DNA of 64,000 bases, taken from Naegleria gruberi (Eukaryota). The notes beneath the pieces are model-generated. The model did not search any database and was not told where the DNA came from. It was given only the letters and a program-made list of their open reading frames with translations. The DNA lies in the NCBI GenBank assembly GCA_000004985.1, contig GG738896.1; one strand, given 5' to 3'. A program made the translations under genes and the position numbers. The stretch's first letter is position 1. Each line of letters begins with the position of its first letter. Below, one piece after another: positions 31,275 through 42,959 of this stretch.

Positions 31275-34070
31275 TTAATCAGTCTTTTCCTTATCGACCT
31301 TCTTTAACAATGTCAGTAACATAATAAGAATGGAACAAACAGCGGAGCAAATCAATGCATAACCATAAAGTGTAAATCTGAAATGCATGGTGCTGTATGC
31401 TGCAGCAAGTTCGCAAGCAACCATGATGAGATAGTGTCTAAAGTTGAATTCCTTTGTTAGAGTTGTTTGATTAATGAAAATCAAAACAAAGGTAACCAGA
31501 CATGGTAATAAGGAAACAGGATTGATCATGTTTGCAAAACGAGCTGGAGGAATAGTTTGAGTGAATAACTCAATACCCTTGAGGGCTGTCTTGGAAATAT
31601 GAATCATTTCCTTCCATTCCTTAATCCAAACAATACATGAAGGTAGAAGAATAATTGTTGAGATAGAGTGAAGCATCAAAAAGGCGCTCTTCAACGACTC
31701 ATGTTGAGCATCTTCACTAGATACAGCCATATTCAATAACATCAAAACGAGAGTGAATAAAAATCCTAATCCAATATGCATATACTTATGAACTCCATAT
31801 GCAATCAAGAGAGAGCAGGCAATGATGAAAATACTTGATGTGAAAACAAACTTCAACAATCTGGCAGGTAAATAGAGAATTATCATTACAACTCTCAACA
31901 AAAAGTAAAGAATGTGCAAAATGGAGAAGGCAGTAATTAAGGAAAGAACTATATAAATTGGCTCACTTTCGTGATAGGTCATTGTGTCAGCTTGTGGCAA
32001 GTCAAGGTGAATATTCACCAATTCAATGAGTACAATAACGAATCCTCTGGTAAATAAGGAAACATTGAGGGCTTTGTGGAAAGAAACAGTAAAATTGTTC
32101 CAGGCCATAAAGGAGATTGCGAATAAAATAAGTGAGAATGCATTGGATGCAATTGTTGTTGAGTAGTGATATCTGAAAAACATAATCAAAGTTGTGAAAA
32201 TGTCAATATTCAGAGTAGCTTCAGCATTGCTTACATCTCCATTCGATAATTCACATCCAGAAATGAATTCAATTTGGAACTTTGAATGATTTCTATTACT
32301 TTCAAAGAATTTGAGTTTGTAATTTGCCAAGTTGGAGGAAAAAGGTTCAATACGTTCCTCCTTTCCGTCGTGTGATTTGATCTTGATAATACCATCTACC
32401 AAATTATTTTTACAAAAATGTTGAACTCTTAATGAATAGGCAAATTGTGGTCTAACTCCTGCAAAGTTGACTTTCAAATGATTTGAAATTCTGCTCAATA
32501 AAAATGGATAAGGGTGGAAACCAACATGTGTAGACACAGTCACTTTAACATCATGAACCACCAATTGACTAGCTCTTTGACTATCTACAATAATGTAGTC
32601 ATAGTCAGAAACGTGTTTTTTCTTTAAAGTGACAAAGGATTTGACTTTCTTTGGAGAAATTCTGCTCTCATCAATATCGTTATCAGATCCAACAACATCA
32701 AAGAATGGAAGTGAATCAATGTGATCGTGAATGAGAACTTGTGTGGAATTTGTCTTTACGAAAACCAACTTGACCTCTGACTTTAAGCCAGTAAATAAGA
32801 GTGAAAATTCATCGACTTTTTTGAGGATATTCTTCACATGAATCACTGGATTTGATGAAGTGAGTGGTGAAGATACGGAGACAGCCTTTGCAAGATTATA
32901 CTTGCTAATGTCATACTTCTTTGGTGGGTTATTGTAGAATGAGAGCTCGGAATTCTTATTAGTGAAATATTTTTCAAATATCTTGACCTTCTTCTTGGTT
33001 GACAAATCCATACCACCTTCATAGGCATAATGAACTAAAAATTTGGCAATAGGAAGAATAATTTGTTTACACCATGTGATAGCTTGATGATCAGTTGAGC
33101 AATGAGTATTTGGAACTGAGGTTGTAGACATGATATGGTAGAAATTTGAATTGTTTTTTCCAAGCAAAGGATTTCCAGTGAGATCACTTCTAATTAGCTC
33201 ATCATGCCAACCACCTCCAATCGAGAAAATATCAACCTTTGGATGTGGCAAACGAACCAATTGTTGATAGAATAAATCACTATCCCTGTCCAATAAGACT
33301 GGATGTCTCTTGAATGGAGTACTCAAAGTAATTAGTGTTCTAATTGGGAGAATATCCTTTACAGTTAAAGCACTTGCTGCCTTTAAAACAATACCTCCCA
33401 TACTGTGTCCAACTGCAATAATTTCCTTTGGTTTGTTTTCCTCAGAAGTATAAAGTGATGTAATATATTTCATAACTCCCCTGACATATTTAGCTTGTCT
33501 CACAAGCACATCTCCACTCAAAGCACTCAATTGTTCATTGAAATCCACAAGAAAAACATCAAAATCTTGAGGCAATTTGGCCTTTTCCACATTCTCTCTC
33601 AAAAAACTTCCTTGAAACATGTCCAAATAAACTCTATCTTGTAATTGATACTTTTCCAATCTAGAAATAAATTCAAGTGGTGAAACCCCAAGAGCACGTC
33701 CCTGTTTCATCGATCCAGAATTTCCATGCACAAACAAAATCGGAATTCCCCTATAATACTTTGATTTTGGATCCAACTTTTGTTTTCTCTGCTGATCAAT
33801 ATCATCAACAAATCGATACAAAGTATAGGGAGGTGATTTATCATATTTAGATAAAGTACTCGCATTAGAATCATCTTCGCCAATATAATTAAAAGGCAGA
33901 GGAATATAATTCGGTCTCATCCACGACATGATACACTTGTAGGGTTCATCCTCCGATTGGTGAGAATAATTTTCAATCCAATAGTAGTACAATACCCGAC
34001 CAGCTAGGAGAAAAATCAGCGCGAAGAGTAGGCTGCCTAGAACGTGTAAAAGTTGTGAAGCTTTGGACAT
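31275..34070 (-). CDS. PGAP1: GPI inositol-deacylase (PGAP1/Bst1 family)
   Basis: N-terminal TM segment, then PGAP1 lipase domain (GIPILFVHGNSGSMKQGR...AVGHSMGGIV) and a C-terminal multi-TM region. 931-codon uninterrupted ORF from a real ATG. Confidence 0.8.
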   Translation of the reverse strand: MSKASQLLHVLGSLLFALIFLLAGRVLYYYWIENYSHQSEDEPYKCIMSWMRPNYIPLPFNYIGEDDSNASTLSKYDKSPPYTLYRFVDDIDQQRKQKLDPKSKYYRGIPILFVHGNSGSMKQGRALGVSPLEFISRLEKYQLQDRVYLDMFQGSFLRENVEKAKLPQDFDVFLVDFNEQLSALSGDVLVRQAKYVRGVMKYITSLYTSEENKPKEIIAVGHSMGGIVLKAASALTVKDILPIRTLITLSTPFKRHPVLLDRDSDLFYQQLVRLPHPKVDIFSIGGGWHDELIRSDLTGNPLLGKNNSNFYHIMSTTSVPNTHCSTDHQAITWCKQIILPIAKFLVHYAYEGGMDLSTKKKVKIFEKYFTNKNSELSFYNNPPKKYDISKYNLAKAVSVSSPLTSSNPVIHVKNILKKVDEFSLLFTGLKSEVKLVFVKTNSTQVLIHDHIDSLPFFDVVGSDNDIDESRISPKKVKSFVTLKKKHVSDYDYIIVDSQRASQLVVHDVKVTVSTHVGFHPYPFLLSRISNHLKVNFAGVRPQFAYSLRVQHFCKNNLVDGIIKIKSHDGKEERIEPFSSNLANYKLKFFESNRNHSKFQIEFISGCELSNGDVSNAEATLNIDIFTTLIMFFRYHYSTTIASNAFSLILFAISFMAWNNFTVSFHKALNVSLFTRGFVIVLIELVNIHLDLPQADTMTYHESEPIYIVLSLITAFSILHILYFLLRVVMIILYLPARLLKFVFTSSIFIIACSLLIAYGVHKYMHIGLGFLFTLVLMLLNMAVSSEDAQHESLKSAFLMLHSISTIILLPSCIVWIKEWKEMIHISKTALKGIELFTQTIPPARFANMINPVSLLPCLVTFVLIFINQTTLTKEFNFRHYLIMVACELAAAYSTMHFRFTLYGYALICSAVCSILIMLLTLLKKVDKEKTD

Positions 34071-34157
34071 TTTTTTTTAAAGTTTAATATTTAATATTAT
34101 TTAATAATATTTAATAGTATTACAAAGATTACAAAGATGCATGCTATTAAAATTGAA

Positions 34158-35126
34158 TTAATTATGAAAATTGAACTGTACATCATAGAGAGGTCGTTTC
34201 TCATTGATTCTAAATTTCATGGGTGCTTTATATCTCTTTAAACAAATCAAATTCCACATCTTGATTTTGCTCTCTGTTTCATCCATGCTCATTGTAATGG
34301 TTTTTGATATTTTCTTAATTTCAATTCCTTCCTCTTTGTAATTAATTTCACATTCCATCATGTCAATAATTTTGTAAATTGAATAGTTGGAATAAACAAC
34401 TTTTCCTTTACCTCCAAATTCAACTAGATAGTGAAGGGGAGAATAAGGAGCAATTTCACCTTTTACTTTTAACAAGATGAGTTGATTGCTATTTCTGGGA
34501 AAGTAAATCATTCCATGCACAAGTTTCCTCTTCTTGTAAAGGAATTTTCCATACATAAACTTTTTAATATTTAGAGTCACATCCACAATCACCAATTCAT
34601 TCTCAAGATTTTCAATTTGAAAAAACTTTTCATCCCTCATATTCATAACTGAAATAATGGCAAAGTTTGAATTGAGTAAGGTACAAATTTCATTTAATTT
34701 TGCCAAAATTGGATTAATAATTCTGTCCTTAATATCCTCATCCGATTCCCTGCTCAAAATATCTTGATATAACAAACTATATCTGGGCATTCGTCCACAA
34801 AACAAATGTGCCAATTGCCTTCTCAATTCAGGTTGACAAAGAGCAATGTAAGTGGAGAGAAAACCATCGATATTTAGCATTTTAATTAAATTTGATGTAA
34901 ATTCTTCTAATAAAAATTGATAATTATCGGGATTAATGGTTTTAGAATAGTTTGAAACTAATTGAGAGTTTGGCGAGATGAAATTTTGAAACTTTTGTAA
35001 ATGTGATTTGTAGAATTCAAACTGGGGTGATTTATCTGTCAGTAAGAGAGCAAATTGTATATGTTGAATGAAGGAAACTTCCGTTTCGAATAATTCACTC
35101 AATATATCAATCTTGGTTCTTGGCAT
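34158..35126 (-). CDS. Hypothetical protein (weak DH/RhoGEF-like N-terminal motif)
   Basis: 322-codon ORF from a real ATG. RTKIDILSELFETEVSFIQHIQ resembles the start of a Dbl-homology domain. Low confidence in function. Confidence 0.45.
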   Translation of the reverse strand: MPRTKIDILSELFETEVSFIQHIQFALLLTDKSPQFEFYKSHLQKFQNFISPNSQLVSNYSKTINPDNYQFLLEEFTSNLIKMLNIDGFLSTYIALCQPELRRQLAHLFCGRMPRYSLLYQDILSRESDEDIKDRIINPILAKLNEICTLLNSNFAIISVMNMRDEKFFQIENLENELVIVDVTLNIKKFMYGKFLYKKRKLVHGMIYFPRNSNQLILLKVKGEIAPYSPLHYLVEFGGKGKVVYSNYSIYKIIDMMECEINYKEEGIEIKKISKTITMSMDETESKIKMWNLICLKRYKAPMKFRINEKRPLYDVQFNFHN

Positions 35127-35308
35127 TTTTTAATTATTTTTATTGATAGGGTGACAGGAGATCAAGAATACTTCTATTTGAATGAGAGTAAAGATCCAGT
35201 ACAAAATTTAACTGGAATGGAACTAGGTCAACAATTTTCAGTCTTTAAAACCTTGAAAATGAATGGGCAATAGATTTGTGTATCAAGATCACAAAATAAA
35301 ACAGGTAA

Positions 35309-35380
35309 GGGGACCAGTGGGAATCGAACCCACGGCCTCTCGCACCCAAAGCGAGAATCATACCACTAGACCATGGTCCC
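35309..35380 (-). tRNA. tRNA-Pro (anticodon TGG)
   Basis: 72 nt. Acceptor GGGACCA/TGGTCCC. Anticodon arm CTCGC-TTTGGGT-GCGAG. T arm GTGGG-TTCGATT-CCCAC. Confidence 0.9.
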
Positions 35381-35794
35381 TTCACGATTACTATCACAAA
35401 AATAGTCATTTTGACACATCAAATTTCAAGAAACCTTCAGCTTTTAACAATTCCAAAATTGGAAATTGGAAATTTTTGACTTTGGCTGGATTATTCACTT
35501 TCACTTTTATTTGTCAACACCAAAAGCGTCATTTGGAATATGCTTGTAGAATTGTAGTGTAGAATACTAAACAGCTAATGGATGTATTAATTTTTAATGA
35601 TGACATGAATTTGTATAAGTAGCCGTTGTCTTCGTAACAAAACGTCATCAAGATTTTAAAAAAAAATAACACCATAACGTACTGTGTCGTTTCCTATCGA
35701 GACGAGAAAAAAAGCGATCATCACAAATAATTAATTGATCATCATATCTTTAAAAATCCGTGGATATTGCATTATCATTATTTGAAAATAGAGA

Positions 35795-36833
35795 ATGCCA
35801 TTTTTGGATAGAACAAGCGAGATTCAATCTATTATACAGAATCAACAACAAAAGAAACAATATGAACAATCGGAAACTGTAAAAAAGACAAAGAAGAAAT
35901 CGGATAAGGATGTCACTGTGGCCGAATTTAATGGTAAGGCTAGACAAGTATCAAAAGAATTACAGGAAACTGCTGATTTATTACAAAAATTGACCAAGTG
36001 TATGTAATTCTATTAATCATATAGTAGTTTAGATTTATTATTAATAATTATAATAATAACAATGAATAACAGTGGTTAAGAAAAAGACACCCTTTGATGA
36101 TAATTCCGAATTGATAAAATCTTTAACGTTAAAAGTTAAAGAACAATTGTCAAATCAAGATTATTCCCTAAGAAGTCTTCAGGAAATTGTTGATAAAAAG
36201 CAGGAAAAGGAAAAGAAGAGTAATCAACAAACTCAACATTCTACCCAAATAATTACAGGACTTAATTCTAAACTGCTTTATGCCACTGAACAATTTCAAA
36301 ATGTCTTGAAAACAAGAACAACACAAATGAAAACTGACAAAAAAAGAAGAAATATGTATACATTCGAGTCTGGTGTCAAATCGATATCATCACTAACAGT
36401 AGCTGCATCACCAAATAACCACAGTCAATCAGGCAACAATATGATGGCAGCTGGATCGAGCGACGAGCCATCTATTCAAAATGAAAAAATTGATGAACTC
36501 ATTTCTGAAGGAAGTCAATTACAACAAGCCAACGCTTCATCAATTAATAGAAATATATTAGCCAGTAGAACAGATGATATTCTGAGTATTGAACGTGAGG
36601 TTGAAAAATTGGGAGGAATGTTCAACCATTTAGCCATGATGATCAAATCTCATGGTGAATTAACTCAGAGAATAGATCAAAACCTTACTACAGCAGCACA
36701 CGATTTAGAACAAGGTAAAGAGGAATTGTGGAATGTTTGGGAAAATACCAGAGGAAATACTGGCTTGATTCTCAAAGTTTTTGGAGTGCTCGTCATATTT
36801 ATTATCATTGTTGGCTTACTTGTTGTGAGATAA
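35795..36833 (+). CDS. STX5: Syntaxin 5 (Sed5-type t-SNARE); exons 35795-35999 and 36073-36833
   Basis: Exon 1 encodes MPFLDRTSEIQSII (syntaxin-5 N-peptide DRT.EF). A 73-nt intron runs from GTATGT at 36000 to the AG at 36071-72 (phase 1). Exon 2 has the SNARE motif (ILSIEREVEKLGGMFNHLAMMIKSHGELTQRIDQN) and a C-terminal TM anchor. Confidence 0.8.
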
Positions 36834-36950
36834 ATAAATCATCAACAAACAAATTTTTGATTTAAGTTGAAAGTTTCTCCAGTTTAATCTTCGTATCACA
36901 AAACAACTTTACTCGCTTTTTACAAAACTCAAGAATCATAAAATATGAAA

Positions 36951-37023
36951 CGCCCACCGTGGGGGTCGAACCCACGACCACAAGGTTAAGAGCCTTGCGC
37001 TCTACCGACTGAGCTAGACGGGC
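36951..37023 (-). tRNA. tRNA-Lys (anticodon CTT)
   Basis: 73 nt. GCCCGTCTAGCTCAGTCGGTAGAGC... Anticodon arm CAAGG-CTCTTAA-CCTTG. T arm GTGGG-TTCGACC-CCCAC. Confidence 0.9.
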
Positions 37024-37113
37024 TACATTCACAATGAAACTTATTCCTTGATATTCATTCCCGCCTTTGAAATAATTTTAGTTCCCAAGTGTTTGAGGAA
37101 CTTATTGAAAAAA

Positions 37114-39310
37114 ATGTCTCAAAATCTTTGTAATCTTCCCTCTCGAACAGGGCATTCTTGTGTGTTGTACAATAGCCATCATCACAAGAACAATTGTGTA
37201 TACATGTTCGGAGGAACTCTTTCCGATCAAAAAACATTTCCTTCCAATGATTTGATTGAAATTAATGTTGAAAATCAGGAATGGAAGGAATTTGAAAATT
37301 CAAAAGCTTCACCAGGTCCTCTCTTTCATCATTGTGCTTGTTTGCATAAATTGGAAAATCATGATGATAATGAGATGATCATTTTCGGAGGGAAATCAAA
37401 AAAGAAACATTTGCAGAACAAGGTTTGGAGCTTTAATTTCTATAGGAAGGAGTGGAAGTGCTTGAGCGAAGGAGACAAGATGGTATCGCCACGATTTGGT
37501 CATTCGGGTGTAGTTTTTGGAAATACTTTATTTGTTTTTGGTGGATTGGATGAGAAGAAGAAATTATGTAGGAATGAATTGATTGCTTTCAATTTGAAGA
37601 GCAAGCAGTGGAAATTAATTGAAATGAGTGTTTCTATTAGTGGGAGATGTCACCATGCAAGTGTTTTGGATCCAGAGAGTGGTGATTGGTATTTATTTGG
37701 TGGGCAATCTGGAAAGAATGTGTTGAATGATTTTGTGAGAATTAAGTTATCGACCTATGATGAAGGAGCTGCAAAATGTGAATCAGAAACTTTAATTTCC
37801 GATTTGAGTGAAGAATTTTCAAGATTTGGACATTCTATGGTGTTGGAGAAATTCGAAAGTGGATTGAAATTCTACTCAATTGGTGGTTATAATATGAAGA
37901 AGGATTTTTTGGATTGTGTTTCTCTCGATTTGAATAATATTTCAAAAGGATGGCAGATTGAAACTGAACATACTCTTTCAAAAACCTTTGAAAATGTCTC
38001 TCAAGATGTTGGACCTGTATTTCATGTCACTACCCCAATTATTATTACAAAAGAAAACGAAACAATTTTAACATACTTTGTATTTGGTGGACTTTATGAA
38101 AATACTAAACCTCCAAAGACAAAGGAAAAAATCAAGAAAGAAGACATTAAGAAAAAGTCAAAACTGCCCGAGTTTGATATTATCAAATTTGAAAATGAAC
38201 TCAATGATGATATTTTCAGATCTATTCTATCATTTTTGAGTATTCCAGATTTACTGAAATTGGAATTGGTTTGTAAGAGATTGAGAATTTGTAATCTCAC
38301 TACAGAAGATGAATTCTGGAAGGCGTACTATCACGACAGAATTAACTGGCTAAAAGAGGCAAGCAACACCACTAAATTGGAATTCAACAGTCAAACAGGA
38401 ACCTATGACACTATCATTGTTCCTTCTACTTTTTATGATACCTATCTTGATTCCAATAGTGATTATAAGAGGCACTTTGTTGAACTAATTGGAGATTTAA
38501 TGAAAGAAGCTGATAAGAATACAAACGAAAGATTAAACCTGATTAATAGGCTCCCAGACATTCCAAAGTATACTTTTAGAACTAGAGAAGAGGTTATGCA
38601 ACATGAATTACAACCTACTGTCAAGAGTGATATTAAGGTAGTTCTGATAGGTATGTAACTTCTAATAATTTCAATTTAATATTTGGTGATAGGAAATGCA
38701 GCTATAGGAAAGACATGTTTTTATCAAGCATTGAGGGGTATTCCTTTGGAACTTGATTACATTCCAACAGTTTTTGATAATTACTCAGTACAATGTCACA
38801 GTGAGGATGTTACTTTCAATATTGCTCTTTGGGATACAGCTGGACAAGTATGTTATAATGTTTGAATTTCTCTAACAACTACAATTAATTTTGGAATAGG
38901 CTGACTATGATAGACTTCGACCCCTTTCGTATCCACAGACGGATATATTTCTTGTTGGTTTCTGTTGTCTTTCTGAATTATCAATGAAAGAAACCATCTA
39001 TAAATGGAAAAAGGAAATAGAAACCTATATGCCAGATATAAAATTGCCAATCATTCTCATGAGCACAAAGATTGATTTAAGAGACGATCCAGTGCAGAGT
39101 AGAAAACTTTTAGTGACAGAAATGAAAAAGCCAATATCCTACCAAGAAGGTGAATTGTTGGCTAGAAAGCTTGGATGTGCAACATATGTGGAAACTAGTG
39201 CTTTGACAAATGCTGGAATGGATCGTATTTGTGAATTGATAATCAAAACGGTAGACCTTCACCGTTGTGGTGGAATCACAAAGAATGGAAAGAAGTGTCT
39301 AGTTCAATAA
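37114..39310 (+). CDS. Kelch-repeat / F-box / Rho-family GTPase fusion protein with CAAX end (3 exons: 37114-38650, 38693-38847, 38900-39310)
   Basis: Exon 1 carries Kelch blades (MFGGT, IIFGG, FVFGG, YLFGG), an F-box (DDIFRSILSFLSIPDLLKLELVCKRLRI) and the start of the GTPase (KVVLIG). Intron GTATGT at 38651 to the AG at 38691-92. Exon 2 is NAAIGKTCFYQ...ALWDTAGQ. Intron GTATGT at 38848 to the AG at 38898-99. Exon 3 is [21 protein letters not shown]...STKIDLRDD...ETSALT and ends in CLVQ (CAAX). Phases are consistent (1, 0). Confidence 0.75.
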
Positions 39311-39521
39311 TTATTAATTGTATCACAAGGTTTGAGTAGTAAATTGGAAGAAATTCTTTGAATCCAAATCATCTTTTCAATCACCCATTCATCAAAAGTG
39401 GTAAATTATTGCATTGAGTCCTTTATTCATTCTTTAGAAAGCCCAGTAACGCACATAGGAAAAGTTCTCGATTATGAAGCATCAAAATGTTGTATCAAGT
39501 ATACTTTATTGTTAAACGTAA

Positions 39522-39594
39522 GGGGATGTAGCTCACATGGTAGAGCGCTTCTTTAGCATGGAAGAGGTACGGGGATCGATACCCCGCATCTCCA
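39522..39594 (+). tRNA. tRNA-Ala (anticodon AGC)
   Basis: 73 nt. GGGGATGTAGCTCACATGGTAGAGCGC... Anticodon arm CTTCT-TTAGCAT-GGAAG. G3:T70 pair in the acceptor stem. Confidence 0.9.
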
Positions 39595-39640
39595 CTTATC
39601 CTTTTTCATCAAGGAATTAAGTATATTTTACTACATTTTA

Positions 39641-40600
39641 TTACATCAAGCCACAATTTGATAATATTGAAGTATTTTGCTTATTAATAACCTCCTTAAT
39701 GTAGTATCCATTTTTGCTTTTAGGAAAGCAAGCTGATTGAAAAAGAGCAAACCAAAAAGGAACATAACAATGTTCTACCTTCATGTCACCTTCCACAAAT
39801 ATTGACTTTTCAAATTGTAATGCCTTTTTCACAGCCTCTCGGTCAATAACTGGTTTTCCATTCCAAATTGGATTCAAATTCACAATTATTCCCAAATTCT
39901 GCAAATTCTTATTGTCTCTCAAATAAGAAAACCATTCGTCCAATTCATCAAATGAATGATGACCCATTGAAAAACATGTGATAATATTGATGGATGAAAT
40001 ACACTCTGTTTGATCGGATATATTATCTGAGAATTCATTTTTCTGAATGAACTCTAAATGACCATGGTAGTATTGAACTGGACCATCATAAATATTTCTA
40101 TAATCACGGAAACGAATAATTGAACCCAACCTTGAAGGACCAAATATTGGCATTCCAACTTTTACAAAGTTTAAGCTTTCAGTACATTCCAAATTTGGAA
40201 AATTGGAATTTTCATAAAGTATTGATCGGTAGAAATTCAATAAAGTGAATTTTGAATGATCCAAAATTTTCAACAAATTTGTTTTGGATTTTTCCAATTC
40301 TTTTTTCAAACAACATTCATACGACAATTCCAATAAATAAAATCGCATAAAATATTTCACATTTCCAATCAATCGAATCCTATTTTCAATATTTTTGCTC
40401 TTACTATTAGTATTCGATTCGAATATAAATGAAATTCTAAAATTACATTTAAAATTATTGTAAAATTTCATAATTTCATCGAAAGAAACAAAACACCTCC
40501 CGATCAATTGATAAATATTCCTATCAAGTGTCAGCAGTGAAGCCAAAACATCAATCGGAAGCATAAACTCCACCACAAGACCCCAAACATCTTGATTCAT
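39641..40600 (-). CDS. Hypothetical protein with F-box-like N-terminus
   Basis: 319-codon ORF from a real ATG. VWGLVVEFMLPIDVLASLLTLDRNIYQLI resembles an F-box. Confidence 0.5.
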   Translation of the reverse strand: MNQDVWGLVVEFMLPIDVLASLLTLDRNIYQLIGRCFVSFDEIMKFYNNFKCNFRISFIFESNTNSKSKNIENRIRLIGNVKYFMRFYLLELSYECCLKKELEKSKTNLLKILDHSKFTLLNFYRSILYENSNFPNLECTESLNFVKVGMPIFGPSRLGSIIRFRDYRNIYDGPVQYYHGHLEFIQKNEFSDNISDQTECISSINIITCFSMGHHSFDELDEWFSYLRDNKNLQNLGIIVNLNPIWNGKPVIDREAVKKALQFEKSIFVEGDMKVEHCYVPFWFALFQSACFPKSKNGYYIKEVINKQNTSILSNCGLM

Positions 40601-40828
40601 TTTTTTTTAAAGTTATTGTAAACTGATTTGAGTTAAATAACTTCTATTTTACAAAACATCTTGTACAATTACACTTGTATTCATTCGAATAAAATAATAA
40701 GTTTCGTCCATTCTAATTTCTTTCCAGAAATATCTCAAACTCTCACGTGCATTTTCATGTATCATTCCTGAATCTCACTTTCTCTAATATATGCAAATAG
40801 ATATCATGTCAGTTAACCTTCAACTTTG

Positions 40829-41125
40829 TTACTTGATGCACTGTATAACAACCCTTTCATCTATTTTGAATCCGTGTCCAATAACGTGTCCATATCTAGT
40901 GGACATATTTGGACATGTCTCAAATTGTGCAGGATAACGAGTGTAGAATGAGGTAAATTGAATCGATGGATAGGGCCAAAATTCGACCTGAATCCAAAAT
41001 GTGACCATAATCTCAATTCCAAATTTGGAAATATTAAAATGAGTATTTATTTGCCTCTCAACAATTTGAGCTTTGGCTAATTTTTGGTAGAATGGTAAAT
41101 TGTTTGTCCTCGTTTCCTCTATCAT
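40829..41125 (-). CDS. Small hypothetical ORF (98 aa)
   Basis: ATG-initiated ORF. No domain. Could be spurious. Confidence 0.2.
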   Translation of the reverse strand: MIEETRTNNLPFYQKLAKAQIVERQINTHFNISKFGIEIMVTFWIQVEFWPYPSIQFTSFYTRYPAQFETCPNMSTRYGHVIGHGFKIDERVVIQCIK

Positions 41126-41841
41126 TTAAAGAGCACACAACAGTTGAGTTTATATTTCATGCAAAACACAAAAAAAAACATGATTGACAATCTAATACAG
41201 TTTCTTCTGACAATTCTATTGCTACTGTTTAGTACTTTCTCGTTCTTTGAGTTGGACGAACTTGATGTGCAGGATAGAGCTCTTGTTCACATGATCAAAA
41301 GAATTGATTCATTTGATCTGATGAGTTATTAAGTTTTTTTTCTCTTTCGAATAGTTATTGTGATAGAAAACAGCAACTGTGGTTGTTGAGAACCTTCTGT
41401 GTAGAAGGTCGTTTCTCTTTACACTAACATTGCAACTAGAGAATACTACACTCTTTAGTCCTCTTTCTAATAAATCCTGAAATTATTCTAATCAGAATAA
41501 TGTTTGAAAAGCAACTTTACAATCTTTTACAGTTCTTCCAGGAATCTTTTCAATTGTAGAGCACCCTGGCTTTAAATTTTATTTAATATTGAATTAATTG
41601 AAACTCTTCAACATTCGAATAATTAAATTCAATTTGTTTACCACAAATAATTGTTAATCCTCCAAACTTGGAACTTCAATCAATCATTGTAATGGGCTTC
41701 AACAAAACCCGTCAAGGCAATGCTCCTTCACGTGTCAACGCTCAGAATTTTGTCACTGCAGTCTTTGAAATAAATTTAATTGACAAGTTGAAGCTGTCAA
41801 AATTTAAATCAAAAAAAACACAACTAAACACACTCACAAAT

Positions 41842-42959
41842 ATGTCCACTTATAAAGACGCCTCTGAAGCTGTTCTCTATGATAAGAATGGTTTGCCAAT
41901 CTATGGTATGGATTTGGAATTGGTATGTAATGATTATTCGAAACTGTTAAACTAAACAATTTTTCTTTTCCTCATTATTATTAATAATAATACAACAAAT
42001 ATTTTCCATTGCCAAATCATTAACCTCATCCATTGTATCAAACATTCCATCCACTCCACACTATTCTTTTATACGAAACCTTTCATAAATTTAAACAACT
42101 ATAGTACAAGAAACAAGCCGGTAAATACGATTCTGACAAGGAAAGAGAAGTTCAACAATGGATCGAATCTGTTGTTGGTGAAAAATTTGCTTCCAACGAT
42201 TTCCAAGAATCACTCAAGGACGGACACTTGTTGTGTAAATTGATCAACAAGATTAAACCAGGTTCCATTCCAAAAATCAACCAATCTAAATTACCATTCA
42301 TGCAAATGGAAAATATTGGTTACTTTTTGAAAGCTGCTGCTGATTTGGGTCTCCAAAAGCATGATGCTTTCATGACTGTTGACTTGTACGAATCAAAGAA
42401 TATTCCACAAGTTATTCAATCACTTTTCATTTTCGGTTCAGTTGTCCAAAAATTGCCAGGTTACAATTTGCCACGTTTAGGATTAAAGTTGGCCGATAAG
42501 AGAGAAATTGAATTCACTGAAGAACAATTGAGAAAGGCCAATGCTGAAGTTGGTCAACAATATATGGCAAGTATTAAGCACGATACTGGTCGTTCAATTT
42601 CCAGAGAAGTTGTCAAGACTCGTGATACTGGTGATGCTTCAGTTACTTCTCAATTGAGTACTGCTTCCATTAAACATGACACTGGTCGTTCAATTTCTAG
42701 AGAAGTTGTCAAGACTAGCTCTACAGGTGACAAGCGTTTCACTTCTCAACAAAATGAAAAGTCAATCTCACACGGTCAAGATAGATCTATCAGTAATGAA
42801 GTTGTCAAGATTCAACCATCTTCATCCAAGAGTCCAACAACCTCCTCTGGATCAATGGATGGTTTGGAAGAATTGGAAAAATTGGCCTCATTGAGAGATA
42901 AGGGAATTTTGACTGAAGAAGAATTCCAACAAAAGAAGAGACAAATTCTCGGATTGTAA
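41842..42959 (+). CDS. Calponin-homology protein (transgelin/calponin-like) with tandem repeats and a SHOCT-like C-terminal motif; exons 41842-41922 and 42105-42959
   Basis: Exon 1 (MSTYKDASEAVLYDKNGLPIYGMDLEL) ends at GTATGT at 41923. The acceptor AG at 42103-04 (or the in-frame alternative at 42109-10) opens exon 2, which carries the CH domain (WIESVVGEKF...LKDGHLLCKLINKIKPGSIPKINQSKLPFMQMENIGYFLKAA...TVDLYESKN). This is followed by about 27-aa repeats (SIKHDTGRSISREVVKT, 2-3 copies) and then LEELEKLASLRDKGILTEEEFQQKKRQILGL. Confidence 0.7.

Noticed and set aside
35263-35562. 99-aa plus-strand ORF
   Set aside because: Overlaps tRNA-Pro (35309-35380) and intergenic sequence. No coding features.
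41668-41955. ORF-track extension upstream of the calponin-like gene (MELQSIIVMGFNKTRQ...)
   Set aside because: The upstream part has no start in good context and no homology. The conserved protein begins at the ATG at 41842, which is followed by a GTATGT donor.
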